From positions 92,208,683-92,272,682 of the forward strand of contig NC_068982.1 in assembly GCF_001194135.2 (NCBI RefSeq): a stretch of 64,000 nt of DNA. Direction: 5' to 3'. Each line of letters begins with the position of its first letter. Within the stretch, counting starts at the first letter, position 1. The DNA is from Octopus bimaculoides. Lineage: Eukaryota. This document shows, piece by piece, positions 35,874 through 50,437 of this stretch. The notes below the pieces were generated by a model. It worked only from the letters and a program-made list of their open reading frames with translations, was not told the origin of the DNA and searched no databases. The position numbers and the translations under genes were made by a program.

Positions 35874-38800
35874 ACTATGTACAATTACTTTTTTTGTAAA
35901 GTTTATGACATATTTAATTCACCAACCATATTTTGTATTAGAAAGTTTTAACATTTGTTTACTGCTCTCTAAATCTGTACACACTAACTTGAATGATTAT
36001 TTTTTTAATTATTTTTTCAACTTGATCTCATATGGGAGAAAATTTTCATCATGCATTGAATTAAGGAGTAGTTTATGTTGAATTTTCTTCTGATAAACAT
36101 TTTTTTTTTTTTTTTTGTGTGTGGTTTAAATATTCTAAACAACCTTTCTCCCTCTGTCTATGTATAATACATAACCTAGAAGCTATCAAATCTTTAACTG
36201 CCATTTCATATGTGACCACGTCAGTTTTTTGTTTTTTTTTTCTTAATATTTCTTAATCTCATTGCTAATTGAAACCTTACTGAATTTTGGTATTATTGAA
36301 CAAGAGACACAAGTTACTCAACAATTAACTATGATTAGCATATTTTCAGACATTTGCAAGCATTTTGTTTGACTAAGAAAACAGTGTTCTCATCTATCTT
36401 TAGTTGCTTTCAGCCAAAACTCCATAAGATCCACTGATAAGAACAATTAAATATGACTCCCAAACAGTTTCCAATTACATAAATATAATTGTAATTACCA
36501 TTATTTATTATCATAATTATTGAGGTCGGTGGATGGCAGAATCTATGGAGTGACAGATTAAATGCCTTGCAATATTTAGTACTACACCTCTTATGTTCTA
36601 AATTCAAATCCTATCAAGGTTTACTTTGCCTTTCATCCTTCCAGGGTCAATAAAATAAGTACCAGTTATCTATTGGAGTTGACTAAATCAATATATTCTC
36701 CTGCTCCAAAATGTGTGGTCTTGTGCCTATGTTAGAATTTATTTTATTTATTTATTTATTTATTCATCCATTCATGCATTTTATTGACTCCCGAAAGGAT
36801 AAAAGAAAAAGTTCCTCTGCTAAAGTCAACTTGGTCTTTCATCCATTCAGGGTTGATAAAAATAAAAGTACCAGCCTAATACTGGTGTCAATGATATTAA
36901 TTAATCTCCTTTCTTCAAAATTGTTGGCCTTGTGCCTAAATCAGAAGCTATTATTATTATTATTATTATTGAGCGATACAACAGACAAGACAATATTGAA
37001 TTCTTGGCTTAGAGTCATGAGTTCATATCTTTGTACACATTTATGTTGTATCTTTAGGCAAGACACTTAACTCAACTTGCCTTCTAAATTTGCTAAATCT
37101 AATTTAGAAAATTACTTTTATTCTATCATCACTATCATCCTTATTAGTTTTTTTTTTTTTTTCTTTCTGTTATTAAAAATATCTATTGAGCCTATTTATT
37201 TCAGCAATTGAAGCATTAAGTGCAACCAACAGAAATATTTCTAGTTTTAAATTATTGAAAACAAACTTCTTAAATAGGTAAGCAAATTCTCAGTTTTAAA
37301 GCTATACAGATTTTAAAGCTTTCAAACCACATTAAACAAGAGGCTGTGTTGTCTACTGAAGAATTCTGCAGAATTGGGAATGATTTTTTTTTTTGTTTTG
37401 AATATTTTTATTTCACTCATCTGCTTCCCTTCAGTTATCTTGATAACTCTGAAATGTTAGAAAAATGAAATTAGGGTAGTGTTGTGGAAGTTTCCGATAA
37501 ATTACACAGATTTTTGTTGAAGACAATATTCTACAAAATATTCTCAACTAATATAGGTGTATGTGTGAATGTGTTTATAAACTCATGCTTACATCAGCAT
37601 CTCTGTTTTAATATCTTTCTTTCTTCAAATGCTTTGATTGGGTTGATTGGTTTCAGAGATATTTTGCTTCCAACCCCATATATTTAATTAGCATTCACTA
37701 TTTCATGCCTTATTTAGTCAAATCTGCCTTTTTCGGTTACAGTTCCAAACACCTATCTACAGCTACAGCTTACTTGCTCAATTTTCTCTATCCATTTCTT
37801 CTATGGATTTCTATTTTATCTAGCATTCTTAATTTCAGTTATTTGCTTGTATATTATCCTACTTGGCAAAATAATATTTCTAATATAAATATTATACAAC
37901 CAACTTTGTTGGTCATCAGAATGGACAAATGCAATATGTTTCATAGTTTCATAACTATAGTACCTTAACTGTTTGCCCTCTAATTAGCAAGAATTATATC
38001 TCTTAACTTATCTATTATTTTAAATGCTAATTAGGTTTTTCAAATGAATCGATTATGCTATCAATTTGTTAATCTATTTTAAGCATTTGATGTTGGAGTC
38101 AGCTGTACCATTAATATCATCATTTTCACTAAATACTCTCTAGACTTATTTTACATTTCTGTGCTAGGTTGCTCTCTTCTCTTTCTACTGATATATCAGT
38201 AATTAATTACTGCCTTAATTTTTGTAGTTTGATCTCAGGACATGTGTAGTCTTATGCAATGTTTCTAAGCTACTAACTTACAGGTTTTGATAGCAAACCT
38301 ATTCATTCATATGTAGTATCTATATAGGTTTTCTCTCCTAAACTCAGGTGAATAAATTAATTTAATACTGAGCTTCAGTAAATGATCATGTGACATGAGT
38401 CTGTGTAAAACAGTCTAGTACTCTGAAAGACTTTTTGCATTTATCAGTTTTTCAGATGTCATCCTTTCTCATTTAATATTCACACTTCTCACCAAATGCA
38501 AAATACAACTATTCTATAATAGTTTAACTCATAAAAAAGGGTGAGACTGTCATCCCACTTATTCCCAATAAAGAAAATACAGAAACATAAATTTCAATTT
38601 AAAATTTACATATTTTGGCTATACTCACCACAGGTCCTTACAAATGACAGCTTTCTTGCACCATTTCCATCTTAATAAGCAATGACAGGGTTGTTGTTAA
38701 TCACTGATAATACAGGATCTTACTTCAGCAAGATATCTACAGTTTGGTGACCAACGTTATCAAAAGTCATTGAGATGTCATCTGTTTCTTGATGTTGCTT

Positions 38801-39639
38801 GATGAATTATCATGTTTGTTTTTTTTTCAATGCTGTTACATTACATAGTTATGATAATTAATAATTATTTTGGTAAAATCTACCAGCAATTTTGTTTTCT
38901 CTTACTCAGTTACAGATCATTCATTTCATAAATTTACCATATCATTATAATACAGAGTCTTTGAATACTTTACTGCTTTATCATTTACCCTATCAGCTAT
39001 GATGACAATCTACTCTAAAAGATCAAAAGTTCAATTTCACATTCCAGAAGTACAGATGCCAATTTGGTAGCAAGATCTTCTGCACACTTCCTGCTATCAA
39101 TGTGACATCTGTTTTCTCGCACTGCAATGCACAAGGTTTTTATATTTTTCACATATTTTGGATAGATCTACAAATGTTTACTTAAGATAGTGGTGTGCTA
39201 GCTAGATTCTCTTTGTAGCAATAGAAGCCATACCTATTTTGTAAACATGTTTGTCTTGAAATGACAAATATTTATTTTTGGAAATATTTTGTGTAGTGCT
39301 GTTATAACCACTTTTCTCTAGTTCCTGTTGCTGGTACAGCTAGAATGGATGAATTCATCACTTTTTGCTGTATTTTATGCTGGAAATGTAACTGGAATAT
39401 TTTCTTTTTGTCTCTCAGACTCAGTAATGCAAAATCTATTGTTCCTATTACACTCATTCACACATAGGATGCTCTCCACACCAACAAATGACTGCAGATT
39501 TTTCCAAAACATGTATTTAGAATCAAGCAAGAAATTAAATTTATTTAATGTATTTTTCATTCACTTCTGCAAGTTTGCTATCCAGACTCTGGTTGTCTTC
39601 CTAATCACCTCAAGTAAGATGGAATTACTCACAGTTAGA

Positions 39640-39800
39640 GAACTTTCAGAGTCTTAACAACTGTTATTTCTGCACATTGTGTCTGCAATATAAATCGCAG
39701 AAAGTTCCAGATGCAATAATCCATCATATTTGATGTTAAACTCTTAGCTGGCCAAACATTGGGCTCGATAAACTCTGGGGAATTATTTTGCAGGTGCACC
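39640..39800 (-). mobile_element. Decayed mariner/maT-like transposase fragment
   Basis: FIEPNVWPAKSLTSNMMDYCIW resembles WPxxSPDLNPMDYxIW. Confidence 0.45.
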
Positions 39801-40663
39801 TTTTCTCCATCCATTACGCAGTTAATAATCAGAAACATCAGGGATTAAATTTATAAACATATTGGTTAACAATTGTCTTTTTCCTTTTGTACAATGGAAT
39901 TGCTTTTGAGTCATTATAGCCTGTTCTTCAATGAAGAACAAATTTGTTTTGTCGTATGTGTTAATAGTGCCATAGCAAATAATGGAAGGTTTAGTATCTG
40001 CCTCTTTGAGATCATGAAAATCCATTTCTGTTTTGAGTTTTGACTAACCTATAGTCTGCTTGTATAATGGTGCTTTCAGAAAAACCAGCTCTCTTTCCAA
40101 TAATGTTTAATCTGAAAATGATGGAAAACATCTTTGGCCATCAGCTTTCAAGTCTGTTAATGTGCAGCTGTTTATACATAACAACTCACTTTTACAATAG
40201 CATTTAAAGGAGAATTCACTGATGATATTGGACTCTTCCTTTAAATATTTCCAACTGCTGTGCAGTCTGACATTGATTAGAATCTGTTTTCTTAGGAGAA
40301 TTTATTGGAGAATAACTACTATTGAAAGTATAGCATTCTACTGTAATAGTCCACTTTTTGAAAATTGAGTGTGCCACTTGTTTGCTTCTTTACACTTTCA
40401 TAACTTCAATACCACATGATTAAATTTTATGCTAGTTTATTTTACAAAAAAATTTTTGGTAAAATCTCTTGCATTTTTTTATAACCAAGGGGGAATGCTT
40501 CATCTCAAGTATAACAATTATATGGTGTTGAAAATTGTTGAGTTGTAGCATGGTAAAAAAAATTTTAATTAATCAGTTAAAATAGAACATGTTAATAAAC
40601 TTTGCACTTTTCCTACTGGACACCTCATGTGTGTGTGTGTGTGTATTATATATATATATGCAT

Positions 40664-40698
<35 letters not shown>

Positions 40699-42684
40699 GA
40701 GAATATTTTCTTAAAATTTCTTTCATTTCACACTGAATTCTTTATATTCTTTATAAAATATAATAATGCTTTCCTTAGATAAGGTACAAGTTCACCTTTT
40801 GCATATAAGAAAGTTAAGTTGGTGATATCAATACCAGTATACTACTAGTACTTATTTTATTGACCCCACTAAGAGGTAAGAATTTGATATCAGTAGAATT
40901 TGAACTTAAATATAGGGAAACAAAAAGTATACATTATTAGGCATTTAGCTTGATACTCTGTCAGTTTTGCCAGCTAACACCCTTCTATGAAATACGTTAA
41001 TAATCAGTGCAAAATGTAAGAAATGTACTCACTTTTTGTTGTTGTTATTTTTTATGAATGAGCTTCTTTTGACCTCTTTTGATTTTATCCTCATTGAGAT
41101 GGAGCATTCATAGGCATGCATTATACACACTATTGTTTGTTCTTTGATTATTCTATCTTGTCATCCTGGAACTCACATTCAGGAAGTTAATATTTTGCTT
41201 TTATGGGTAGGGATAGTTTTGTTCCCCTACTCAAAACTGATTTGATCAGTCTTTGTAATTTTTTTTTTAATTTGCTAACCTGTATTGCAATAGTTGAGAT
41301 AAACTAATGCCACAATGTGTCCTTATCTAAATAAGTTCAGAATATCTGGACCAAAATCTTTTCAGTCTTATTGTTTACCTGGATAGTGAGAACATTTTTG
41401 TTAAAAATCTATGTTCATTTCAAGGTATTTTTTGTTGTTTGTTATTTGCAATGTTAGTTTAACCAGTAAAATTTAATGTTGTGTCACTCCTTCAATTTTC
41501 TCAAACTAAGCTAAAGTTGTTATTTCTCTGACTATAGCTGTTAATGTGATTCTTTTGAGTCCATATTTGAAAATACAGAGTTTCCTGTTTGTCCCTCTGT
41601 ACTGATTTTTTTTTTCCAGTCTTCCATGTGTTTCAAAATGAAAGGCTTTGGTGATCATTATTTTCATCTATCAACTACAACTTTCCCCTGCATTGAGCAC
41701 AATGATACACAACAAATCCCATTCCATCCTCAGTATTCTAAGTTCATCAGCACCACTTTCCTGTGTTAGTCTTCATCATTGTTTTGAAAGGATACCCACA
41801 TTTCATCCTCCCATGGGTCAGTTCCTAGATAATATGGCCTGTCTCAAACAATGCCTAACCAGCTACAGCTGTCTTTCTGCTATCTTGTTGACCAGCTAAA
41901 GGAGGCCACTTTGAAGTTGCTCAGTGGTCATATCTATGTCTAGCTGATGACACTGCTTTGAGCTTTGGTGAAATCTAAGTAAATGAGATCAGTTGAAATA
42001 CATTCATGCAGCTAAATCTAAAAGAATACTGCCTAGTATTGTACCATTGTTGAGTAAGTGTTTTGTCAACTTCATCGCCTTCTCTATTGATTCAAAAATT
42101 AGGCATAAGACACATCTAAAACTTCTTGGTTCTTCATAGCATGTATATCTTTCCAGTTCTCTGGAGATACTGACACGAGTGACAAAGAGTTATCTTCTCA
42201 GCAATTTTAGTTTAATACTAGCAATAAAACTCTTTCAACTCCGAAGATTTCATATCATTTCTATTTTGATCAGTTGTCATGGAGACTTCCACTCATGCTT
42301 GATACTTTGTCATTACAATTTTATTCTCTATTTTTGTAAATGTATAACATATGTTTTAGTGTTTTAGCTTTTATTAAAACATTAGATTAGTCATTTCCAT
42401 ACATATTCTTAATGTTTTCAATATTATGCTTTCCTAAACCAAAAGGATTTTGCAATTTCTTCATATTTTTTTGCTATTTGCTATCTTTATATATCTAGCA
42501 AGAGGTCATTGCAAATTATGCTTTTGAAAATACAGATAATGGTAGTGTAAGTATCATTTTTCATGCCTTTTATCAACCAAAAGTAACTGGAGAATGGATT
42601 AATTTTGTTAGTCATGGATCAGTTGAGCTTGATATGCAACTTAATTATTGTTAGACTGTTACCTTTCCAAGTGAAGGATAGTTA

Positions 42685-43303
42685 TTAGGAGACAAAAGTA
42701 TCAATCACCTTTTAAATGAGTGCAGTATACTAACACAAAAGGAGTATAAACACAAACATGACTGTAGGTAAAAGAGTGCATTGGGATGTTAGCCAAGTGT
42801 ATAGCTTCAAAACAACAGAAAAGTATGAACACGAACCAGAGGCTGTGATAGAATATGAGAATTACAAGATCTTGAGGGATTTCTTTATAAAGACTGTCCA
42901 TGCTGTTGAAGCAAGAAGACCAGAAATGATAATAGAGAACAAAATAAACAAACAGTGTAAGATCATAGGTTTTGCAATTCCCTATGATAGCAGAGTTGAT
43001 ACCAAAGAAAGTGAAAAAATTGAGAAATATCAGGAACTAGCAAGAAGGCTGCGGAGACAGTGAATGATCAAGACAACAATTATTCTTGTAGTAATTGGTG
43101 CACTTGACAACATCCAAAATGCTAAAAGACTGAAAGGAGATGGAATTGAAACTCCCATTGTCAACCTGCAGAAAAATACCAACCTATATTCTGCCAGAAT
43201 CCTAAGGAAGATTCTTCAGATTTGAGGAGATCTGTTTTCGCCAAACCTCAATGTAAAATACCTGTTAACTAAATTAGCATGCACTAGCATAATAATAATA
43301 ATA
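42685..43303 (+). mobile_element. 3' fragment of an RLE-type non-LTR retrotransposon (R4/Dong-like)
   Basis: Zn-knuckle remnant SINHLLNEC..KEYKHKHD, then VHW, ARRPEMII, EKIEKYQEL and VIGAL restriction-like endonuclease motifs; stop at 43223; (TAA)n tail. Confidence 0.82.
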
Positions 43304-46056
43304 AAAAAGACTAAAGCTTGGAATTCAGAAACAATCTGTAACTGGCATAGGTACTTCTGTAACTGGCATAGGCACTCCTCTAGCCATTAGGTAACATGTT
43401 GCTCTAGTACTGCTTCATCTCTCTTTCTCCATCTAAAGTAATTCTGTTCTAGAGTATATCCCTTGAATATATATATTTCCATCCCCTTCTCTGTTTTTAG
43501 TCTGAATTTGTTAATGTTCTATTATTTTCCTCACTAACTATATACTTGGTATTCACAATCATTTATTTGAGAAACAACTTCAATTATAATAGCCTTCACT
43601 TGTTCCTTTGATGTTCAAACCACATTCTTTTGTATCACTTCAGTCATCTTTAGTGTTTCATACAAAAGACATTCATTCCATATTCCATTGTGTATCTTTT
43701 ATTTTGTGTCTGCTGAAACTGCTTTTTGTACTCTTGACTTCCTACTGGAAACTTTCATCTAACATGGTCACTCTACTAGTGAATTGGTTCAAGTCAAGTG
43801 AAAGCCCTTTGGTGGTAATACTTTGTTTCATAACAATACTTGATTTTGTTATCAATTAGAATTGTTAGTAATCTACTGTTTTCTAATCTGAAATGACAAA
43901 CTACAAAAACCTTCCTATTTTTGCTAAGGTCCTTCGTGTGTCTGTATTATTTTGTTTGTGGTAAAGAACTTTGCCTTTATTTCCTTGGTGATCAATATTT
44001 GCTTTCACTCAGTCCTTGTTTGCTTTGGAGTTTCAATTTCCCTTTGTATTTTTGCTTTTTCCTTCTTATTCCTTTAGAGTGAATTCTCAGATATTTGTAA
44101 TAATGAGATTTTCAAACACTTTCATCAATTCAGTCAATAATTGTCTTGTGTCAAAGCTGTGACTGATCTCTCACTATTGTATCTGTTCTTACAGGATCAG
44201 CATGCAGGCTCATCATATGTCACAATATCAAATATCCTTCTAATCAAGAGCATGTGTGCCAGTTGTTCTTAAGTTCATGACAGATGATAAATAAAGCTGC
44301 AAGTATTAAGTAATTAAGCATCTTTATTTTTGCCATGACTTTACACAGAATGTGTATACCACGGCCACACAGGTTGTTTAGGAGATTCTCAATATTCCAC
44401 AGAAGCAAGAGTGTTGAAATAACTTAAGGCAACACATTCATCAAGTGTCTGGGTTTAAAGTCTGATTATGCATGTCTGATACCCCTTCATGTTGATGGTC
44501 AATATAGAATCCACTTAGCACTTCTGCAAGAGATTTGCCAAAGTTATTAATATGTTTGTTCAACCCAGACTCTAGAAAAAATTTCTTGTTGTAGTTAGGC
44601 CACTAATAAAAATACTAGAAAGAGATGTTCTTATCCAAACCTTTGATATTGATCCTTTCCTGGTTCTTGGTGAATCTTAACTTAGGGAGGCCTTTAAAGC
44701 TGATAATTCACTGCTGAGCAACTGTAGCAATGTATCAAAAACTGGTGGGCTTAATTTTTTTCAAGTTGCTTCTAGTTCAAGGGGATACTTCTCAGATCTT
44801 CTGAAGTCATATAAGATTAGGAGAGAGAAGATTAAAAAAAAAAACCCACATTCCTAAATGCAGCCCTATTTCACCTTTTTGATTGGAAACAATTTTTTTT
44901 TTCTAATCCATAAGTGAGATAGAGTGTGGAACAGAGTAACTATTTCAAATAATTCTGGAAACAACCAATCTTCTAAATGAACATGAAACCTGTTTTGCTG
45001 ATGAAATCAAATCAGCAAAAACAATAAACAGTGTTCTTTGCAATAAGGATATTTTGCTTTGAAATTTCATTGACACTGAGCAGCATCACTAAAAAAGGTG
45101 GAATATTTGGTGTTATTGAATCGCTTGAAGGGATCTTGTATTTTACTACATTTTCCTTGTTTATATTTCTGTCTGGCTTCAGAAGTAAGTCAGGAAAAGT
45201 TTAATGTGCTCTTGCAATTTGTTTGCTGAAGTAGAGTGGGGAGCCACACTTAACTTCACAGTTGAATAATTAATAGGAGGATGGCTGTTCAACTGTAAAG
45301 ACAATGCATTTGCACCAACAAAACCCCACCATCTAATCAAGCCAATCAGGCACAACTGTAGTACTTTGAAAACAAATAATAAACAATTCACTCTGTTGTG
45401 AATATTGGGAGCTTTAACCCTGTTGATATTGAGCAAGAAGCCACCAGCAAATTCACACTTTGCTGGACTTAACTGATTTCATACTAATTTAGAATAAACA
45501 CAATTGGGTTTTGAAGACAAAGTATCTTGGATTGATTCATAGGGATTGAAACGTAATAATAAGGATCTAGAGGGAGTCAAACATCAACTACATCTTTCAT
45601 CTATGGTTTGTAATACATGTTAGTTGGTATCATGTAACATTCTGGTCTGTTATTAGTTTTGCTCCTCTCATTCTGTTTTAACATCATCAAATGTCATATA
45701 CTTGCTGATACAGTAAAATGTCATGGGAAACAGTTCTGTTCTCTTACATCAAATACGAAGTTTATATGCATGTCACATACTTCTATGAAAATACGCACAT
45801 CAACACAAAACTTCTGTATATCTCTCCCGCTTTATTTCTTCCTCATGAGTCTGAGAGCCAAAAACAGTTGAGAATTAGCAGGAAGGAAAGTATGTGTTGA
45901 GGTTCTAGCATCAAAGCATTGGTAAATGGGTAAAATTAATGTTGGTAAGTCCAGATATAGCAGGAACCCTACATACAAACACCATGTGAAGTTAGGAGTC
46001 ACAAGATTTTTCTTTAACAACACTAAGCCGAGTGTATGTATATACATGTATGTATT

Positions 46057-46122
<66 letters not shown>

Positions 46123-46436
46123 TTTACACACACACACACACACACTCTGTATGCCCTTCTTTTATCAGTTTAATTTTGGGAATGAGTTCGAGAAACTTGA
46201 AGATATTTATGAAGCAGATGAGTAAACTATATCAGACACACACACACACACACACACGAGTATATACATATATATATGCTTATATATACTATATATATGC
46301 ATATAGACACATAAACACACACATATGCATATAATGTATATATGCACATTTCAGTATATACAAAGCGAATCTAAAGAGTAAAGACATGCATAAGCACATG
46401 TGTATATATGTATTTATTTATATATACATGTATGTA

Positions 46437-46492
<56 letters not shown>

Positions 46493-46738
46493 TGTGTGTG
46501 TATCTATATACATGTGTATATGTATATAAATATACATAAATTTGCATATACATGTGTGTGTGTGTGTATATGTATTTATATATACATATCTATATATATA
46601 TGTGTGTATCATGCTAGCTTGGAAGGCGTTCGTTAAACGATGATGATGATGATGTACAAATTAATATATACATATCTGTATATGCATATATATTTCTATA
46701 TACATGTATATATATTTACATATATCTGAGTGTGTGTG

Positions 46739-46776
<38 letters not shown>

Positions 46777-47050
46777 TCTATATACATTCGTGTATATATC
46801 TATATGTATTTCAATATACATACATGTATATATATTTATATAAACATGTGTATTTGTATATACATGTGTATATAATTATGAATATACTTGTATACATATA
46901 TATGAATACATGTATATATTTATATCTGCATACGTATATACATATGTATATATATATCTATTTATATATACATAGCTGTATGTATATATACGCGTGTATG
47001 TATATATCTATGTGTATATATGTGTGTGTGTGTATATATATATATACATA

Positions 47051-47091
<41 letters not shown>

Positions 47092-47294
47092 GTGTGTATA
47101 CATTTATATATGTATATACATGTGTGTATATATTTATACATGTATATACATTTGTGTGTATATATTTCTATATGTATATATGTATGGATATATATATGCA
47201 CATATATATGTGTATGTGTACGTAGATATGTATGTTTATATATACATCTATATGTATATGTATGTATATATGTTTATATATATGTATATGTATA

Positions 47295-48027
47295 CAGGGT
47301 CCGCCATAAGTAACTATATATTTTCTTTTACTTGTAACTTTGTTGATGCTTATTCAATTTTTCTATTTCATATGTCATTTGAAAGCTGAAATCTTATATT
47401 TTTATTTCTTTTTTTTTCCCCTATTTCAAATATACTGTTATATCAATTATGTCCACCTGATTAACAAAGGAGCGAAAGATTGCAGTTTTGAAATGGTGCT
47501 GCACAAAGTTATCTGGCTATACTGCAGAAGCTGCTTTTGCCGTTATTACAACAGCAGGATGGAGCAGAGAGGGTCTGTACTTTCAGCAGGATGGGGCACC
47601 GGCCCATTATGCTACACTTGTGCGAGACTGGCTGGACGCCAACCTGCCCTGTCGATGGATTGGCAGATGAGGGCCGCTTGTGTGGCCGTCTCGTTCGCTG
47701 GATTTGACCCCACCCGGTTTTTCCCTGTCAGGCATTCTCAAAGAGAAAGTCTACTCAACAAAGCCCCGCAACATTGCTGAAATTAAGAAGCAAATTCGAG
47801 CTGCCAGATAACTTTGTGCAGAACCATTTCAAAACTGCAATCTTTTGCTCTATTGTTAATCGGGTGGACAAAATTGATAGAACAGTATATCTGAAATAGC
47901 GGAAAAACAAAAGAAATAAAAAATATAAGATTTCAGCTTTCAAATGACATATGAAATAGAAAAATTGAATAAGTATCAACAAAGTTACAAGCAAAAGAAA
48001 ATATATAGTTACTTATGGCGGACCCTG
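47295..48027 (+). mobile_element. Non-autonomous Tc1/mariner (DD41D-like) element with ~224-bp inverted ends
   Basis: TA|CAGGGTCCGCCATAAG..CTTATGGCGGACCCTG|TA; internal FQQDGAPAHY..RWIGR*GPLVWPSRSLDLTP..LKEKVY transposase fragment. Confidence 0.88.
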
Positions 48028-48414
48028 TATGTATATGTATGTATGTATATATATGTGTGTGTATATATATATATATATACATACATATATATACATATAT
48101 ATATATATGTATGTATATGTATATACATATATATATATATGTTTATATTAAGGGCATAAATGAATAAATATATTTATAGGGAATAATTGATGGATTTTTC
48201 CCTTATGAGGTTTTTTTCACGCTAACTACTTGATAAATTCTTATAAAGATTTTATCCTATATTTGAATTATATATATATGTATATACATTATGTATATCT
48301 CTCTCTCTATATATATATATATATATAGCGAATACAAACAAATAAAAACAAACAAGAAAAAACAATAATGCAAGGACGTGGTACAAGAACTGTATTATCA
48401 GACGCTCAGGAATA

Positions 48415-48448
<34 letters not shown>

Positions 48449-49368
48449 TATATATATATGTAGGTATATATATATATATGTAGGTATATATATATATATG
48501 TAAGTATATATATATATATANNNNNNNNNNNNNNNNNNNNNNNNNNNNNNNNNNNNNNNNNNNNNNNNNNNNNNNNNNNNNNNNNNNNNNNNNNNNNNNN
48601 NNNNNNNNNNNNNNNNNNNNNNNNNNNNNNNNNNNNNNNNNNNNNNNNNNNNNNNNNNNNNNNNNNNNNNNNNNNNNNNNNNNNNNNNNNNNNNNNNNNN
48701 NNNNNNNNNNNNNNNNNNNNNNNNNNNNNNNNNNNNNNNNNNNNNNNNNNNNNNNNNNNNNNNNNNNNNNNNNNNNNNNNNNNNNNNNNNNNNNNNNNNN
48801 NNNNNNNNNNNNNNNNNNNNNNNNNNNNNNNNNNNNNNNNNNNNNNNNNNNNNNNNNNNNNNNNNNNNNNNNNNNNNNNNNNNNNNNNNNNNNNNNNNNN
48901 NNNNNNNNNNNNNNNNNNNNNNNNNNNNNNNNNNNNNNNNNNNNNNNNNNNNNNNNNNNNNNNNNNNNNNNNNNNNNNNNNNNNNNNNNNNNNNNNNNNN
49001 NNNNNNNNNNNNNNNNNNNNNNNNNNNNNNNNNNNNNNNNNNNNNNNNNNNNNNNNNNNNNNNNNNNNNNNNNNNNNNNNNNNNNNNNNNNNNNNNNNNN
49101 NNNNNNNNNNNNNNNNNNNNNNNTATGTATATATAATATATACATATGTTATATATCATATATATGTTATATATCATATATGTTATATGTCATATATATA
49201 TAGATATGTTATATAAAATACATATATATATTATCTATTGTATATAATTTATATGTTATATATTATATATAATATATGTTATGTATTATATGATATATAT
49301 GTCATATATATACATACATATGTTATATATATGTCTTATAAATATATTTTATATATACACACACATAC

Positions 49369-49400
<32 letters not shown>

Positions 49401-49514
49401 TTACGTATTTATATTGTATATAGCACATATATATACATATATCACAAATAACATATATATACATATATCACAAATAGCATATATATATCATATATAACGT
49501 ATATGACATATATA

Positions 49515-49885
49515 TTCTTTTATTTGTTTCCTGCATTTCACTGTAGCTATGCTGGAGCACCGCCTTTTGAACAAATCAACGACAGGTCTTATTCTTTGTA
49601 AGCCTAGTACTTATTCTATTGGTCACATTTGCCAAACCACCAATTTACGGGGCTGTAAGCACACCAACATCGGTTGTCAAGCAATAGTGGGGAAGACAGA
49701 CACGCACTAGCATGGAAAGCGGACGTTAAATGATATATATATATATGTATACGACGGGCTTCATTCAAGTTGCAAGGCTTTCGTCGATCTGAGGCTCTAA
49801 TAAAAGATACTTGCCCAAGGTTCCATGCAGTGGGAATCAACTCAGAACCATGTGGTGCGTAGGCAAGGTACTTACCACACAGCCA
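49515..49885 (-). mobile_element. SINE with internal microsatellite, same family as 33372-33790
   Basis: Shares GCTGGAGCACCGC, CTTATTCTTTGTAAGCCTAGTACTTATTCTAT and GCCCAAGG..GAACCATGTGG. Confidence 0.7.
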
Positions 49886-49890
49886 CCTTC

Positions 49891-49956
<66 letters not shown>

Positions 49957-50124
49957 TTGCTATATGTATACATATATCTACTTGTATATGTATATATATA
50001 TATTTATATAAATAGGTATATGTATATATATAAATTTATATAAATAGGGATAAGATCGATATTTAAAAATTCCAATCTTATCAGGTGGCCAGCATGGGAA
50101 TAAAAACCTCAGAGGTAATAATTA

Positions 50125-50288
50125 TTATAAAAATTATAATTTAAGGTATCTAAGAGATACCACCATGCTTGAAATAGCAGTCAAACTTTGACTCTAAAAC
50201 CACATTAAATGTTCATACAGTCAAAGTTTGACTGCTATTTCAACCATGGTGGTATCTCTTAGATACCAAAAAATTATAATTTTTATAA
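50125..50288. repeat. Inverted repeat, ~69-bp arms, 25-nt spacer
   Basis: 50125-50193 vs 50219-50288; 3 mismatches and 1 indel. Confidence 0.9.
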
Positions 50289-50437
50289 ATATGTGTGTGT
50301 NNNNNNNNNNNNNNNNNNNNNNNNNNNNNNNNNNNNNNNNNNNNNNNNNNNNNNNNNNNNNNNNNNNNNNNNNNNNNNNNNNNNNNNNNNNNNNNNNNNN
50401 NNNNNNNNNNNNNNNNNNNNNNNNNNNNNNNNNNNNN

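Noticed and set aside
37895-37920. Minus-strand CTGATGA followed by a CCAAC/GTTGG hairpin
   Set aside because: No GAAA follows the stem.
38725-38785. Apparent minus-strand exon with AG/GT ends
   Set aside because: Translates DISMTFDNVGH, a LINE RT motif (DISKAFD.V.H).
44991-45020. 10-bp hairpin TTTTGCTGAT/ATCAGCAAAA
   Set aside because: Short enough to arise by chance in AT-rich DNA.
50145-50260. Second hammerhead (CTAAGAGA..GAAATAGCAGTC)
   Set aside because: The core does not match CUGANGA and stem I cannot form; at most a decayed relic.
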